Of a DNA stretch of 64,000 nt, positions 22,236-34,581 are shown one piece after another. A program made the position numbers and the translations under genes. This stretch comes from Scyliorhinus canicula (taxonomy: Eukaryota). Location of the stretch: NCBI RefSeq assembly GCF_902713615.1, contig NC_052154.1, forward strand, positions 159,194,754 through 159,258,753, written 5' to 3'. The notes beneath the pieces are model-generated. The model saw nothing but the letters and a program-made list of their open reading frames with translations, was not told where the DNA came from and did no database searches. Every line of letters starts with the position of its first letter. Positions within the stretch are counted from its first letter, which is position 1.

Positions 22236-24268
22236 ATTCATAACATCATCCACGTAGACACAAACTCCATCTATTGCTTCCATCATCTGTTCCATGATGC
22301 AGTGGAATATTTCAGACGGCAAAATGATTCCAAATGGCATTCAATTGTAGCAAAATCTGCCAAAAGATGTATTGAAGGTGCAGAGCTTTCTGCTGGATTC
22401 TTCTCGTAGTATTTGCCAGAATCCTGAAGATTCATCCAGCTTGGTGAAGATGCGCGTGTGTACCATCTCGCTTGTAATCTCTTCCCATTTCGGGATCGGG
22501 TAGTGTTCCCGCATGATGTTTTTGTTTAGGTCCTTAGGGTCTATGCAGATTCTTAAATCACCCAAAGGCTTTTTTACGCACGCCATTGAACTGACCCAGT
22601 CAGTCGGTTCAGTGACTTTGGAGATGATGCCTTTCTTCTGTAGACTTGCTAGCTCTGATTTTAACCGTTCCCTCAGTGGAGCAGGGATTATCCTTGGTGG
22701 GTGAACTTCAGGTTTCATATCAGCATGTAGCAAAATTTTGTACTCAAATGGAAGTGTGTCCATTCTGCTGAAGACATCTGGATATTGATCCAGTATCCCT
22801 TCAATTCTGCTCTGAAGAGTTTGATGAGACAACGTCAATGTGTAAATCTTTTGAATAAGGTTCATTTCACCCCTAAGAGCGACGACTTGCCTGATCGGAT
22901 AATCTCAAATCTCAGGCTTGTCTCTATGTGTTTGTTCGATACTACTAAATGGCATGACCCCAATGATGAGATTATGTTGCTGTTATAGTTCTGAAGTTTG
23001 CAGGCAGCTGGAAGGATTTTGGGAGCTTGCTTGAGCTTTGAGAAGTCTAGCTTCGAAAGCAGGTTAGCGGAGGCACCTGTGTCCAGCTTGAATTTAATTG
23101 GGCATCTGTTTACATCCAACACTGTGTTTCATTCAGCGTCGGAATCAATGGCATGGATTGATTTTGCTTGCGATGTATTCTCTGTGGAGTTTTCAAACTT
23201 CTCAATTATTCCAACTTGGAATGTCTTGCCCAGGCAATCGTCTTCTGGATCCGTTGCACTATCTTGATCGAACTCGTATGTTTTGAGTTGAACACTTCCA
23301 ATGATACTTTGCTTTAATTTTTTTTTCTGTGTTTTAAAAGGAAGTGCAGATCTGCACTGTGCAGCATAATGGTTCAGTCTCTCACATCGGAGACACTGTT
23401 TGCCTGTTGCAGGGCATTGTTTTCAGAAGTGGGCGATTCCACACATCGTGCAGGTCATCGCGTCAACATCATGACGTCCCGTGCGCCTTTGCGCATGTGT
23501 AGTACGGTTCTCGGCCGTCTCGCACTTTTTTGCGAAGTGCGCATGTGTGGGGCCCGAGTGCACGCATGCAAGATGGCTGCTGTCAGAAACATGGCGCCTC
23601 TTCATTTGCGACACTGCCTGGATACACTTGGCCTCGTGGAGGGTGTTGGCGCCACTTTCACCGATTTTGTACTGCAAGTATTGATTTTTGGACTATTGAT
23701 TCACTAAACACGTTTCAATCGGGTCAAAGCGTTTCGCCGAAGTAATCACTCTCTAAGGTGTTCATCAATTATTCCAAACACTATCTGGTCACGAATCATT
23801 GAGTCATTTAGTGCAGCAAAATTTCAGGATAGAGCTAACAGTTTAAGATTAGTAAAAAAAAGCTGGTGAAGATTCCTCTATCCCTTGCATCCTTTTTATA
23901 AAGATGTAGCGCTCAAATATTTAATTTGTCTGTACTTTATAGTGGCTATCAAATTTTTCAAGGATTGTGCATACTTTGTTTCATCCTGACCTTCTGTGTA
24001 GTTAAAAGAGTTGTAGATCTCCATCGCGTGTGGACCAGCCATAGTCAGTAAAATGTATTTTTCGAGCATCTGTTGCGTTTGTTAAGTCAGACACTTCTAA
24101 ATACAGTTGAAATTGTTGGCTAAACAACCGCCAGTTAACATTAAGGTTACCGGTGCTCCTGAGGTGACGAGGAGCTTGTGTTCTGTCCATCGTGCCTGAA
24201 ATCATCAGGTTTTGTTCCGAAGGTGATGCTTCTGTTGCCGAATAGCTGTCTGTTCTCTCTGTATTCAC

Positions 24269-24562
24269 TGATGTACCATCAATTGGACACGAGTCGAGAT
24301 GAAAATCCAAAATTAGGCTTTAATAGACTAGTTGTGTGCCCGGCAGTCGACTTACACAGAAAGGCCGTCTGCCGGGTCCTACGGGTTCTTATACCCCGCC
24401 TTGTAGGCGGGACTACTAACCTCCCGGCCAATCGGTGAACAGTCACATGACTAGTCTCAACCAACCAGTCGAGAGGCACATGGCCGGCCTGAGCCAATGG
24501 GCAGCGAGGGTTCTGCACCAATGGCAGATATGTACCGTAAACCTCCTAGTCATATCACCACA
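24269..24562 (-). repeat. Gypsy B 3' LTR
   Basis: Direct repeat of 28736-29029. Confidence 0.95.
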
Positions 24563-24805
24563 TTCACCCCTCGTGGAGAAAGAGGCCGGGGGGGAGGAGA
24601 GTAGAGAAGGGGGGGGGGGTTGTAGGACTGGTGATATGACTAGAGCTTGCGAGGTGTACCGAGGTAATTGGTGACTGCCCACTGGCTCGCGACGAGTGTA
24701 CAAAACAACGAACAGTGTACATGTAAACGAGAGGAAAAAAATGTGCAACTTGTACATTGGAATTCTGTATGACACGAGGAGTCCGATAAAAGTCCAGTGA
24801 AAACA

Positions 24806-27800
24806 TCAGATCGACATGATCAGTCTGTCAGGCGCCCTCGATGTTCTGCTGGACCGTCGCAGCGATGCCGGTGACGACGGGCCGGTGGCCGTCCTTGACT
24901 CCGGGAGCGGCGGTTGTGATCCTGTGTCCGTACCCCTGGTCGGTGCCGGTGAAGCTCTGGCTGGGGGAGCGGGTTCCTGTGCGCTGGGTTGCAGGGGCGC
25001 CGGGGGCGCCGGGGGGGATGGGGACTTGGAGGGGGGCTTTAGTGTGGGGGGTTGAGGCCGCACGCCGGTGGGTGCCAGGTCTCGAAGGGAGACCGTGTCC
25101 TGCCGACCGTCAGGATACTCCACATACGCGTACTGCGGGTTAGCGTGGAGTAACTGGACCTGTTCAACCAACGGGTCGGACTTGTGCACCCGCACATGCT
25201 TCCGGAGCAGGATGGGCACGGGGGCGGCCAGCCAGGTCGGGAGTGGGGATCCTGCGGACGGCTTCCTAGGGAAGACAAGAAGACGTTCGTGAGGTGTTTG
25301 GTTTGTGGTAGTGCAGAGGAGAGACCGAATGAATGGAGGGCATCGGGGATGACCTCTTGCCAATGGGAGATAAGGAGATCTCTGGACCGTAGGGCCAGTA
25401 GGACGGTCTTCCAGACCGTACCATTCTCCCGCTCGACCTGCCCATTACCCCGAGGGTTGTAACTGGTCGTCCTGCTGGAGGCGATGCCCCTGCTGAGCAG
25501 GAATTGACGCAGTTCGTCGCTCATAAAAGAGGACCCCAGGTCGCTGTGGATGTACGCGGGGTAACCGAACAGGAAGAAAATGGATAGAAGGGCCTTGATG
25601 ACTGTGGTTGTGGTCATGTCAGGGCAGGGGATGGCGAAAGGGAAGCGGGAGTATTCGTCAATCACACTTAAGAAGTAGGTGTTGCGATTGTTGGAGGGGA
25701 GGGGACCCTTGAAGTCCATACTAAGACATTCGAAAGGGCGAGACGCCTTTACTAAATGCGCTTGCTCGGGGCGGTAAAAGTGCGGTTTGCACTCTGCGCA
25801 AATGTGGCAGTCTCTGGTAACGGTCCTGACCTCCTCGATGGAGTAGGGCATGTTGTGGGTCTTGATAAAGTGGTAAAAGCGGGTCACCCCTGGATGGCAA
25901 AGGTCCGCATGGAGGGCGCGGAGGCGGTCAATCTGCATGCTGGCGCAGGTACTGCGGGACAGGGCATCAGGAGGCTCGTTGAGCTTCCCAGGATGATACA
26001 AGATATCGTAGTTGTACATGGACAACTCGATCCGCCACAGCAAGATCTTGTCGTTCTTGATCTTGCCCCTCTGTGCATTGTCAAACATGAAAGCCACTGA
26101 CTGTTGGTCTGTGAGGAGGGTGAACCTCCTACCGGCCAGGTAGTGCCTCCAATAACACACAGCTTCAACTATGGCCTGTGCCTCCTTTTCCACCGAGGAA
26201 TGGCGGAGTTCGGAAGCGTGGAGTGTCTGGGAGAAGAAGGCCACAGGTCTGCCCGCTTGGTTCAGGGTGGCCGCCAGAGCTACAACGGACGCATCGCTCT
26301 CGATCTGGAAGGGGAGGGACTCATCGATAGCACGCATCGTGGCCTTCGCGATATCCGCTTTGATGCGGCTAAAGGTCTGGCGGGCCTCCATCGACAGTGG
26401 AAAAGTATTCGATTGGATGAGGGGGCGGGCTTTGTCGGCATAGTTCGGGACCCACTGGGCATAATAGGAAAAGAAGCCCAGACAGCGTTTGAGGGATTTG
26501 AGGGAGTTGGGGAGAGGGAGTTCCAGCAGGGGGCGCATGCGTACTGGGTCGGGGCCTATCACTCCGTTACGCACTCCATAGCCGAGTCTGGCTAGACGGT
26601 CGGTGCTAAACACGCACTTATCCTTATTGTAAGTGAGGTTAAGGAGTTTTGCGGTATGGAGGCATTTTTGGAGGTTGGTGTCGTGGTCCTGCTGGTCATG
26701 GCCACAGATGGTGACATTGTCAAGATACGGGAATGTCGCCCGTAAACCGTATTGGTCAGCCATACGGTCCATCTCCCGTTGGAAGACCGAGACTCCATTT
26801 GTGACACCGAATGGAACTCGAAGAAAGTGATAGAGGCGGCCATCTGCCTCGAACGCGGTGGACTTGAGGTCACTCGCGCGGATGGGAAGCTGGTGATAGG
26901 CGGACTTAAGGTCCACCGTGGAGAAGACTTTGTACTTCGCAATCCTGTTAACCAGGTCGGAAATACGAGGGAGAGGATACGCGTCCAGCTGCGTAAACCT
27001 GTTGATGGTCTGACTGTAGTCAATGACCATTCGGTTTTTCTCCCCAGTCCGAACTACCAGCACTTGGGCTCGCCAGGGACTGTTGCTGGCCTCGATGACT
27101 CCTTCCTTTAGTAGCCTCTGGACCTCGGACCCGATGAAGGTCCAGTCCTGGGCACTGTATCATCTGCTCCTGGTGGTGACTGGTTTGCAATCCGGGGTGA
27201 GGTTCGCAAATAAGGAAGGGGGGTCCACTTTGAGGGACGCGAGGCTGCAGACAGTAAGGGGGGGGCCGAATTTAAAAGTCAGGCTCTGCAGGTTGCACTG
27301 GAAATCCAGTCCTAAGAGTGCCGGTGCGCAGAGGCGGGGGGAGGACGAGGAGTTTGTAGTTTTTAAAAACTCTCCCTTGGACCTTGAGGTCCGCTACGCA
27401 GCACCCGGTGATGTGGACGGAGTGCGAACCTGAGGCTAGAGCTATTTTATGCTTTACTGGGTGAACGGGGAGCGCGCAGCGTCTTACCGTATCAGGGTGG
27501 ACAAAACTTTCTGTGCTCCCGGAGTCTAGTAGGCAGCTTGTTTCGTGTCCATTGAGGAGTATCTGTGTTGTTGCCGTAGAGAGCGTGCGTGGTCGCGATT
27601 GGTCGAGGGTCACTGCAGCGAGTCGTGGCAGCAGGTCTGAGTCCTCCTTGTTAGCAGAGTTGTCGTTGGTGGGGTCTTCTGTGTTGCTCCAAAATGGCGG
27701 CACCCGTCGGTCGCACACTGAGTCGGGGCCCCAAGATGGCGGCACCCAAGACCCACACGTGGTGTCCGGGGCCCAAAATGGCGGCGCCCGTGGGTCACTC

Positions 27801-27900
27801 GTGGGCGCTGGAGTCAGGGGCAGAGAAGTCCGTAGGTCGCTCACGGTGGCTGGGAGCGGCTGTAGGGAGGCCTGTGTGCCACGCGGGGCCCTGGGGGAGG
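24806..27900 (-). pseudogene. Gypsy B pol: protease, RT, RNase H, integrase (674-aa open stretch at 25039-27063, frameshifts at both ends)
   Basis: LLDSGSTES; VIDYSQTINRFTQLDAYPLP; YLDN; IESDAS; HHCC (H..HPG…CHIC); MDFKGP…IHSD…GNGQVERENG. Confidence 0.92.
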
Positions 27901-27954
27901 AGATCTGCGGTCGCTGCGCGGAACAGCAGCGACCGACTTTGACTGGCAGGCCAC

Positions 27955-28712
27955 TCAATAGTGACCTTTCTTCCCGCAGCTCTTACATACTGCGGAGCGG
28001 GCCGGACAGCACGGGCGGGGGTGCTTGGCCAGGCCACAGAAATAACAGCGGGGCCCCATGAGCTTATCGGGGCATCCCGCAGCGCAGGTCTGGGGGGGGG
28101 GCGGGGGGGGGGGGGTCGGAGTCGGCGGAGGACAAGGGGGTTGCATGCCACGTTGCCCAAGGGGCTGCCGCGCGGCCGGGGGCATATGCGCGGGCGTTTC
28201 GGTCAGCAACCTCCAGAGAGGATGCGAGGGTCCGTGCCTCAGCGAGGCTCAAGGTGTCCTTCTCTAGCAACCTCTGGCAAATCACAGAGTGTTGCATGCC
28301 TGCAACAAAGGCATCACGGATTAACAGTTCTGTGTGCTCTGCCGCAGAAACTTGCAGGCAGGCGCAATTTCTCCCCATGACAACAAGGGCGATAAAATTC
28401 ATCGAGAGACTCACCAGGAAATTGTTACCTTGTAGCTAGGAGATACTGTGCGTAAACCTGGTTAACAGGCTTGAGGAAATATCCTTTCAGAAGGTCCATG
28501 GCCACGTCATAGTCTTGTTCGTCCTCAATCATCGAGTAGACGGCAGTGCCCACGCATGAGTGGAGGATGTGGAGTTTCTGCTCCTTGGTGGGTTGGCTGT
28601 CTGTGGTGGAGAGGTAGCTGTTGAAACACGCCAGCCAGTGTTTAAAAGTTGCTGACACGTTCGTAGCGTGCGGGCTGATGCGGAGGCAGTCTGGCTTGAT
28701 CCTTAGCTCCAT
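27955..28712 (-). pseudogene. Gypsy B gag with zinc knuckles, broken by a stop and frameshifts
   Basis: MELRIKPDCL start; LIRDAFVAG; CYFCGLAKHPRPCCPARSAVCKSCGKKGHY. Confidence 0.88.
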
Positions 28713-28735
28713 TTAAAACTTCTAGTCTATTAAAT

Positions 28736-29029
28736 TGATGTACCATCAATTGGACACGAGTCGAGATGAAGATCCAACATTAGGCTTTAATAGATTAGTT
28801 GTGTGCCCGGCAGTCGACTTACACAGAAAGGTCGTCTGCCGGGTCCTATGGGTTCTTATACCCCGCCTTGCAGGTGGGACTACTAACCTCCCGGCCAATC
28901 GGTGAGCAGTCACATGACTAGTCTCAACCAACCATCCGAGAGGCACATGACCGGCCTGAGCCAATGGGCAGCGAGGGTTCTGCACCAATGGCAGATAGGT
29001 ACCGTAAACCTCCTAGTCATATCACCACA
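28736..29029 (-). repeat. Gypsy B 5' LTR
   Basis: Direct repeat; TATAAGA-like box and ATTAAA on the minus strand. Confidence 0.95.
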
Positions 29030-29075
29030 TTCACTAAATTTAACTCGGTAGATTCAGTAGCTATTCATGGTACCA

Positions 29076-29457
29076 TGTTAAGTTACTTGGTTTAACTAAT
29101 ATATGTCGTTACTAACTGTAGATGATGTTGAAGAACACTCGAATCCTCGAAGTAAACTGAACGAATTTATTAAGTAACGATAAAACCAATAAATGAGTTC
29201 AACACTCCACTGAACCAACTCTAGCAATAAAGTAAGGATAAACAACTGTACAAACTGTATCTAAGCTATACGTGGTGTCTAGGCTGTGATCTTATTCTGC
29301 TTCACTGCTGCTATCTGATTACTCCTGCGTGGAAGGAGAGCTAGAGCTTCTGGGAGCTCAGTTATAAAGTAGATCTTGTAATGCCCTCTAGTGGTAGTGC
29401 CACAGCTAGGTGTTGTGATTAACCCTTTAGTTACATGTCTGTCTACATGTAAGTACA
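29076..29457 (-). repeat. Gypsy A 5' LTR
   Basis: Direct repeat of 19234-19611, followed on the minus strand by TGGTACCATG. Confidence 0.92.
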
Positions 29458-29744
29458 TTTGTGACATCTGCAAACTTGGTAATAATTCACTTCCTCGCCC
29501 AAATAAGCAATATATGTTGTAAATAGTTGTGGCACTCCATTAGTTGCAGGTTGCCATCCTGAAAATGCCCCTCTTATCCCAACTCTCTGTCTTCAATTAG
29601 TTCACCAATCTTCTATCCTTGCTCATATACTACCCCCAAAACCATGGGCTCCTATCTTATTAAGTAGCCTTGTGTGCAGTAATTACTTTTGTAAATCCGA
29701 GTATATCTATCCTGTTTGTTATCCCTATTTAAGTTTAGCTTAAT

Positions 29745-30080
29745 AGAATAGAATAGAATAGAACAGTACAGCACAGAACAGGCCCTTCGGCCCTCGATGT
29801 TGTGCCGAGCAATGATCACCCTACTTAAACTCACGTAACCCGTATACCCGTAACCCAACAATCCCCCCATTAACCTTACACTACGGGCAATTTAGCATGG
29901 CCAATCCACCTAACCCGCACATCTTTGGACTGCGGGAGGAAACCGGAGCACCCGGAGGAAACCCACGCACACACAGGGAGGACGTGCAGACTCCACATAG
30001 ACAGTGACCCAGCCAGGAATCGAACCTGGGACCCTGGAGCTGTGAAGCATTGATGCTAACCACCATGCTACCGTGAGGCC
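29745..30080 (-). mobile_element. V-SINE (HE1-like) with (TTCTA)n tail
   Basis: Near-identical to 10078-10426. Confidence 0.9.
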
Positions 30081-30561
30081 CCAAAGTTTCTGTTAAGTTT
30101 CTGACCAAAGTTTCTCACTCTCAAACTGAATGTTAAATTCTACCATGTTGTGGTCACTGTTTGCGAGGGGATTTTTTATAGAAGCATGGAAAAATTACAG
30201 CACAGAAGGAGGCCATTCAGCCCATCTTGTCCATGCCAACCGGGACACCCAGATGCCCTTTCTAGTCCCATCTTCCTGCACCCCGTCCATAGCCTATAGA
30301 GCACTTAAGGTGCAGATCCAGGTACTTTTTAAAACAATTCAGGATCTCTGCCTCCACCACAAACTCGGGCAGCGAATTCCAGACACCCACTTCCCTCTGT
30401 GTAAAAAACAAAATTCTCATGACCCCTCTACATCTTCTGCCACTTATCTCATTTAATTGTGTACTCCCTATAACTGTTTGACCTTCCTAAATGCATGACC
30501 TCACATTTCTCTGTGTTAAATTCCATCTGTCACTTTATTGCCCACTCAACCAATCAATCTA

Positions 30562-31680
30562 TCTTCCGGTGGCGGCTATGAAGGAGTAAGATGCACTCCT
30601 GCTATGAAGGAGTAAGGTGGCTCCCATTTGGGTCAGACTTTTGAACCTTTCCCCCCGATTTTCTACCGTACTTGAACTGTAAAACCGAAGACAGGGGCAA
30701 TTGTGTACTTAATTCCCACATCGGTGCATGAAGAAAAGGACTTGTAAAGGCAGAAACAGAAAGACAGAGAAGGTTTGGGCTGAAGCTGCAGCGGGAGACA
30801 GCATGGCGGAGGACCGGACCTTGGGTTTGACGACCCAGCGGTCAATGGAGCACCTGATGCAAGTTATTCAGGAAGGCTTTGCTCAGCAGAAACGGGACTA
30901 CTTGAACCCGATAAAAGAGTCAATTGAGCGGCTGCAGCTTAGATTGGACACCCAAGATCGGGCGATCCAGAAGGTGGAGAAGGCGCTGGCTGAGCAGGAG
31001 GAACATCAAACTGCAGTGGAGTTGGAGGTGGGGATGCTGAGAGACCAGCAGAAAAGGCTTCTGGAGAAGGTGGAGGACCTAGAGAATAGGTCCCACCGAC
31101 AGAACTTGGGAATTGTTGGGGTCCCGGAGGGGTCCGAGGGAGCGAACGATGGGGCATACATCATAGATATGTTTGAGAAGCTGCTGGGGGATGGGGCATT
31201 CTCCCGGCCTTTGGAGGTGGACAGGGCTCCCAGACACTCGTGAGGAAGCCGCTAAGGGGAGACCCTCTCCCTGAGGGGAATGATGGTGAGATTCCATCAC
31301 CTACCTCTCCACAGGTACTTGGATAAGGAGCGTATTCTACAGTGGGCCAAGCAGACATGGAGCTTTAAGTGGGACAACAGTATCATGTAGGTTTACCAAG
31401 ACCTGAGTGTGGAGGTGGCCAGGAGAAGAGCAGGCTTCAACCAGATTAGGTCGATCCTTTTTAAGAAAATGGTGAAGTTCGGACTGTTGTAACCGGCCCG
31501 TCTCTGGGTCACGTACGAGGAACAGCACTTTTATTTCGAGTCGCCTGAGGACGCGCTGGACTTCGTGAAAAGGAAAGGACTCGTGGTGGACTGAGAACTT
31601 TTGAACTTTGCTGCAACGTTCATGTTTTTTTTTCTTTTTGTTTCTCTGTTCTTTAAAAAAAAGTATCCCCCTCTGCCACC
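30562..31680 (+). mobile_element. L1-clade LINE 5'UTR plus ORF1 (disrupted), 3'-truncated
   Basis: CTTCCGG start; coiled coil then EDLENRSHRQNLGIVGVPEGSEG…PLEVDRA; RRRAGFN…VKFGLL in later frames. Confidence 0.85.
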
Positions 31681-31789
31681 CCCCCCCCCCCCCCCCCCCC
31701 CCACCCACCCAACCATGCTTTCTGTGCCTACATCATATTTATCCATAGTGAACACAGATGCAAAGAACTAATTTAATACCTCCCCTACT

Positions 31790-34010
31790 TTTTTTAGTTC
31801 CACACACAGGTTGCCACTTTGGTCCCTAATGGGTACTCCTCCTTTCCTGGTTACCCTCTTGCCCTTAATATACTTAGGATTTTCCTTTATTTTGCCCGCC
31901 AGTGTTTTTTCATGCTCCCTTTTCACTCTCCTAATTTCTCTTTTAAGTTCTCCCCTACACTTTCTGGAGTCCTCTCAGGCATCCACTGTTTTGAGTCCCC
32001 TGTATCTGTCACATGCTTCTCTTTATTTCCTTAACCAATCCTGTATAATCCCTTGACATCCAGGGTTTTCTTTCCAGGAACATATTGGCTTTGTAGTCTC
32101 TCTATTTCCTTTTTGAATGACTTCCACTGCTCTGATGTTGATTTTCCCACAAATAGCTGCTCCCAAACCATTTTGGCCAAATCCTGTCTTATCCTATTAA
32201 AATTGGTAATGCACCAATTCAGAACATTTATTTCTGGTCCATCATTTTTCCAAAACTACCTCAAATCTAGTTATGATCACTCTCACCAAAACGCTGTCCC
32301 ATTGGCTTCTATCCCTGCTTGGCTTCATTCCCTAATATCAGTTCAAGCATCGCTCCCTCTCTTGTAGCACTTTCTAGGTGCTGGTTCAAAAAGCTCTTCT
32401 GGATGCGCTTTCCGAATTCCACCCCTTTAAACCTTTCACATTTTGCCCATCCCAATATTGGGGAAGTTGAAATCCCACTACTTTAATACCCTATTGTTTT
32501 ACACTTCTCTGAGATTTGCCTGCATATCTGTTCTTCTAGCTCTCTGTCTGTCACTCAGTCAGCTGAGTCAGCTACCTCTTTAACCTTTTAACTAGGTTAC
32601 TTAACGTAAAAAACTTTAAAAAGATTTACAAATTCAATTCTCACTTTTCTCTAAGTTACCAAATATACTCTCTTGGACTGTCTCACTCAGGTCATGTCTC
32701 TTCTCACTGCAAGGTCACCTTTATAGGCAATGAGCTTGTTAATCAAGTATGGAGAATGTCATAGAGTCATACAGCATAGAAACAGGCCCTTCGGCCCATT
32801 ATGTCTACGCCAACCATCAAATACCAATCTATACTTATCCCATTTACCAGCACTTGGTCCACAGTCTACTATGCCTTGGCCATTCAAGTGCTTATCCAGA
32901 TGCTTCTTAAATACTATGAGAGTATCTGCCTCCACCACCCTCTCAGGCAGCATGTACCAGCCTTTCATGTGGGGCCTTATCAAAGACCTTGTAAACAACA
33001 TCAACTGCTCTACTCTCATCATACATTTAGTTATCTTTTCAAAAAAACTCAATTAAATTAGTTAGACAGGATCTCCCGCCAACTAATCTGTCCTGACTAT
33101 CCCTGGTCTATCTCTGCCTTTCCAACTGTTGACTAATCCTCTCCCTCAGACTTTTTTCCAATAATTTCCCTCCACTAATGTTAGACTAACTGGCCTGTAA
33201 TTATCTGGCTTATCCCTGCTGCTCTTCTTGAATAAAGGAACCACATTAGCTTTCCTCCAGTCATCTAGCACTTCATCAGTGGCCAGCGAAGATTTAAATG
33301 TCTCCGCCAGGGCCCCAGCAATCTCCTCCCTTGCCTACCATTGCAGTCTACGATACATCTCATCAGGTCGGGGCAGCAGGGTAGCATGGTGGTTAGCATA
33401 AATGCTTCACAGCTCCAGGGTCCCAGGTTCGATTCCCGGCTGGGTCACTGTCTGTGTGGAGTCTGCACGTCCTTCCCCTGTGTGCGTGGGTTTCCTCCGG
33501 GTGCTCCGGTTTCCTCCCACAGTCCAAAGATGTGCGGGTTAGGTGGATTGGCCGTGATAAATTGCCCGTAGTGTCCTAATAAAAGTAAGGTTAAGGGGGG
33601 GGGGGGTTGTTGGGTTACGGGTATAGGGTGGATACGTGGGTTTGAGTAGGGTGATCATGGCACGGCACAACATTGAGGGCCGAAGGGCCTGTTCTGTGCT
33701 GTACTGTTCTATGAAATTCTAGGTCCTGGAGATTTATGCACCTTTTTTCCTGCAAAAACGTCCACTACTTCATCCTCATTAATCTAGAACTAGTGCTCTC
33801 GAACTTCACCATCCCAACTGAAACCTCCAGCTACCATGTCTTATCCTTAGTGAATACAGGTGAAAAATAATTATTTACGACCCCGCCCATGTTCTCCGGC
33901 TCCACGCACAAATTGGCCTTTTGGTCTCTAATGGGCCACACTCTTTCCCAGGTCATCCTCTTGCTCTTAATATACTGAGAAAATGCCTTGGGGTTTGACT
34001 TAATCCTATC
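31790..34010 (-). mobile_element. Patchwork of CR1 LINE fragments
   Basis: LPERVVEADTLIVFKKHLDKHL C-terminus at 32759-33052; flanking segments resemble CR1 ORF2. Confidence 0.65.
33370..33715 (+). mobile_element. V-SINE (HE1-like), full length
   Basis: GGGGCAGCAGGGTAGCATGGTGG…GGTTCGATTCCC, V-domain, CTGTACTGTTCTATG tail. Confidence 0.9.
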
Positions 34011-34581
34011 TATATTTTGTGGCCCCTCTTTGCCCTCCTAATTTCTATTTTAAGCCCCCAGACTCAGTGAGGCCAAGGTTGTCAGCCTAGTCCCGTTGCT
34101 GCCTGATCTTTGAGGAAAGCTTTGGTGTGTAATACCGTGTGTAAATTTGTAGGGAACAGGTTTGCTAATCGGCTGTGGGAGTTGCTGGTGATTTCAGGGT
34201 TGTTGGGACTGACTTCATCTTTTCCTCTGTCTCGGTTTCATGGATTGTGGCCAAGTTGGTTTTTAATATTCAATTAAAATTTGTCTTATTTGTTTTGCCC
34301 AGTTTTCATGAATTTAAGTCTATTTTTTTCATGGTTTCCAGCAATGTTGGTTTTATGAAATAAGTGAATTTGGCCGCCTGTCTTAAATTGTATTTAGGAG
34401 GCAGGCTCGGAATCTCTGGGAATAATGGATAATGATGGATCGTCTGGGCCATTTAATGTATTATTCTAACTGTTGCAACAAGAGTTTCAACTCATGTGCC
34501 AGAGATTGAACTCATATATTGGACAAGTTTACAGGAAGTCAAAGGCATCATTCTCTGGGGGTTAAAAATGGTAAAAGGGGT

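Larger units (their letters stand above)
19740..24235 (-). pseudogene. Gypsy A gag-pol (PR, RT, RNase H, integrase), fragmented
   Basis: GNLNVNWRLFSQQFQLYL (gag), FKLDTGASANL (protease), DLRICIDPKDLN, ISTDASQDGIGAVLLQ, VETDHRPL, VMTDNGPCF; many stops and frameshifts. Confidence 0.9.
24269..29029 (-). mobile_element. Gypsy LTR retrotransposon B (inner, younger)
   Basis: 294-bp LTRs at 24269-24562 and 28736-29029 (about 12 substitutions by eye); perfect 5-bp TSD TTCAC (24264-24268, 29030-29034); PPT GAGGGGTGAA. Confidence 0.95.
19234..29457 (-). mobile_element. Gypsy LTR retrotransposon A (outer), decayed
   Basis: LTRs 19234-19611 and 29076-29457 with TG…CA ends; PBS-like TGGTACCATG; PPT AAAAAAAAGGGGGAA; 5-bp TSD TTGGT/TTTGT (one mismatch). 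Confidence 0.92.
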
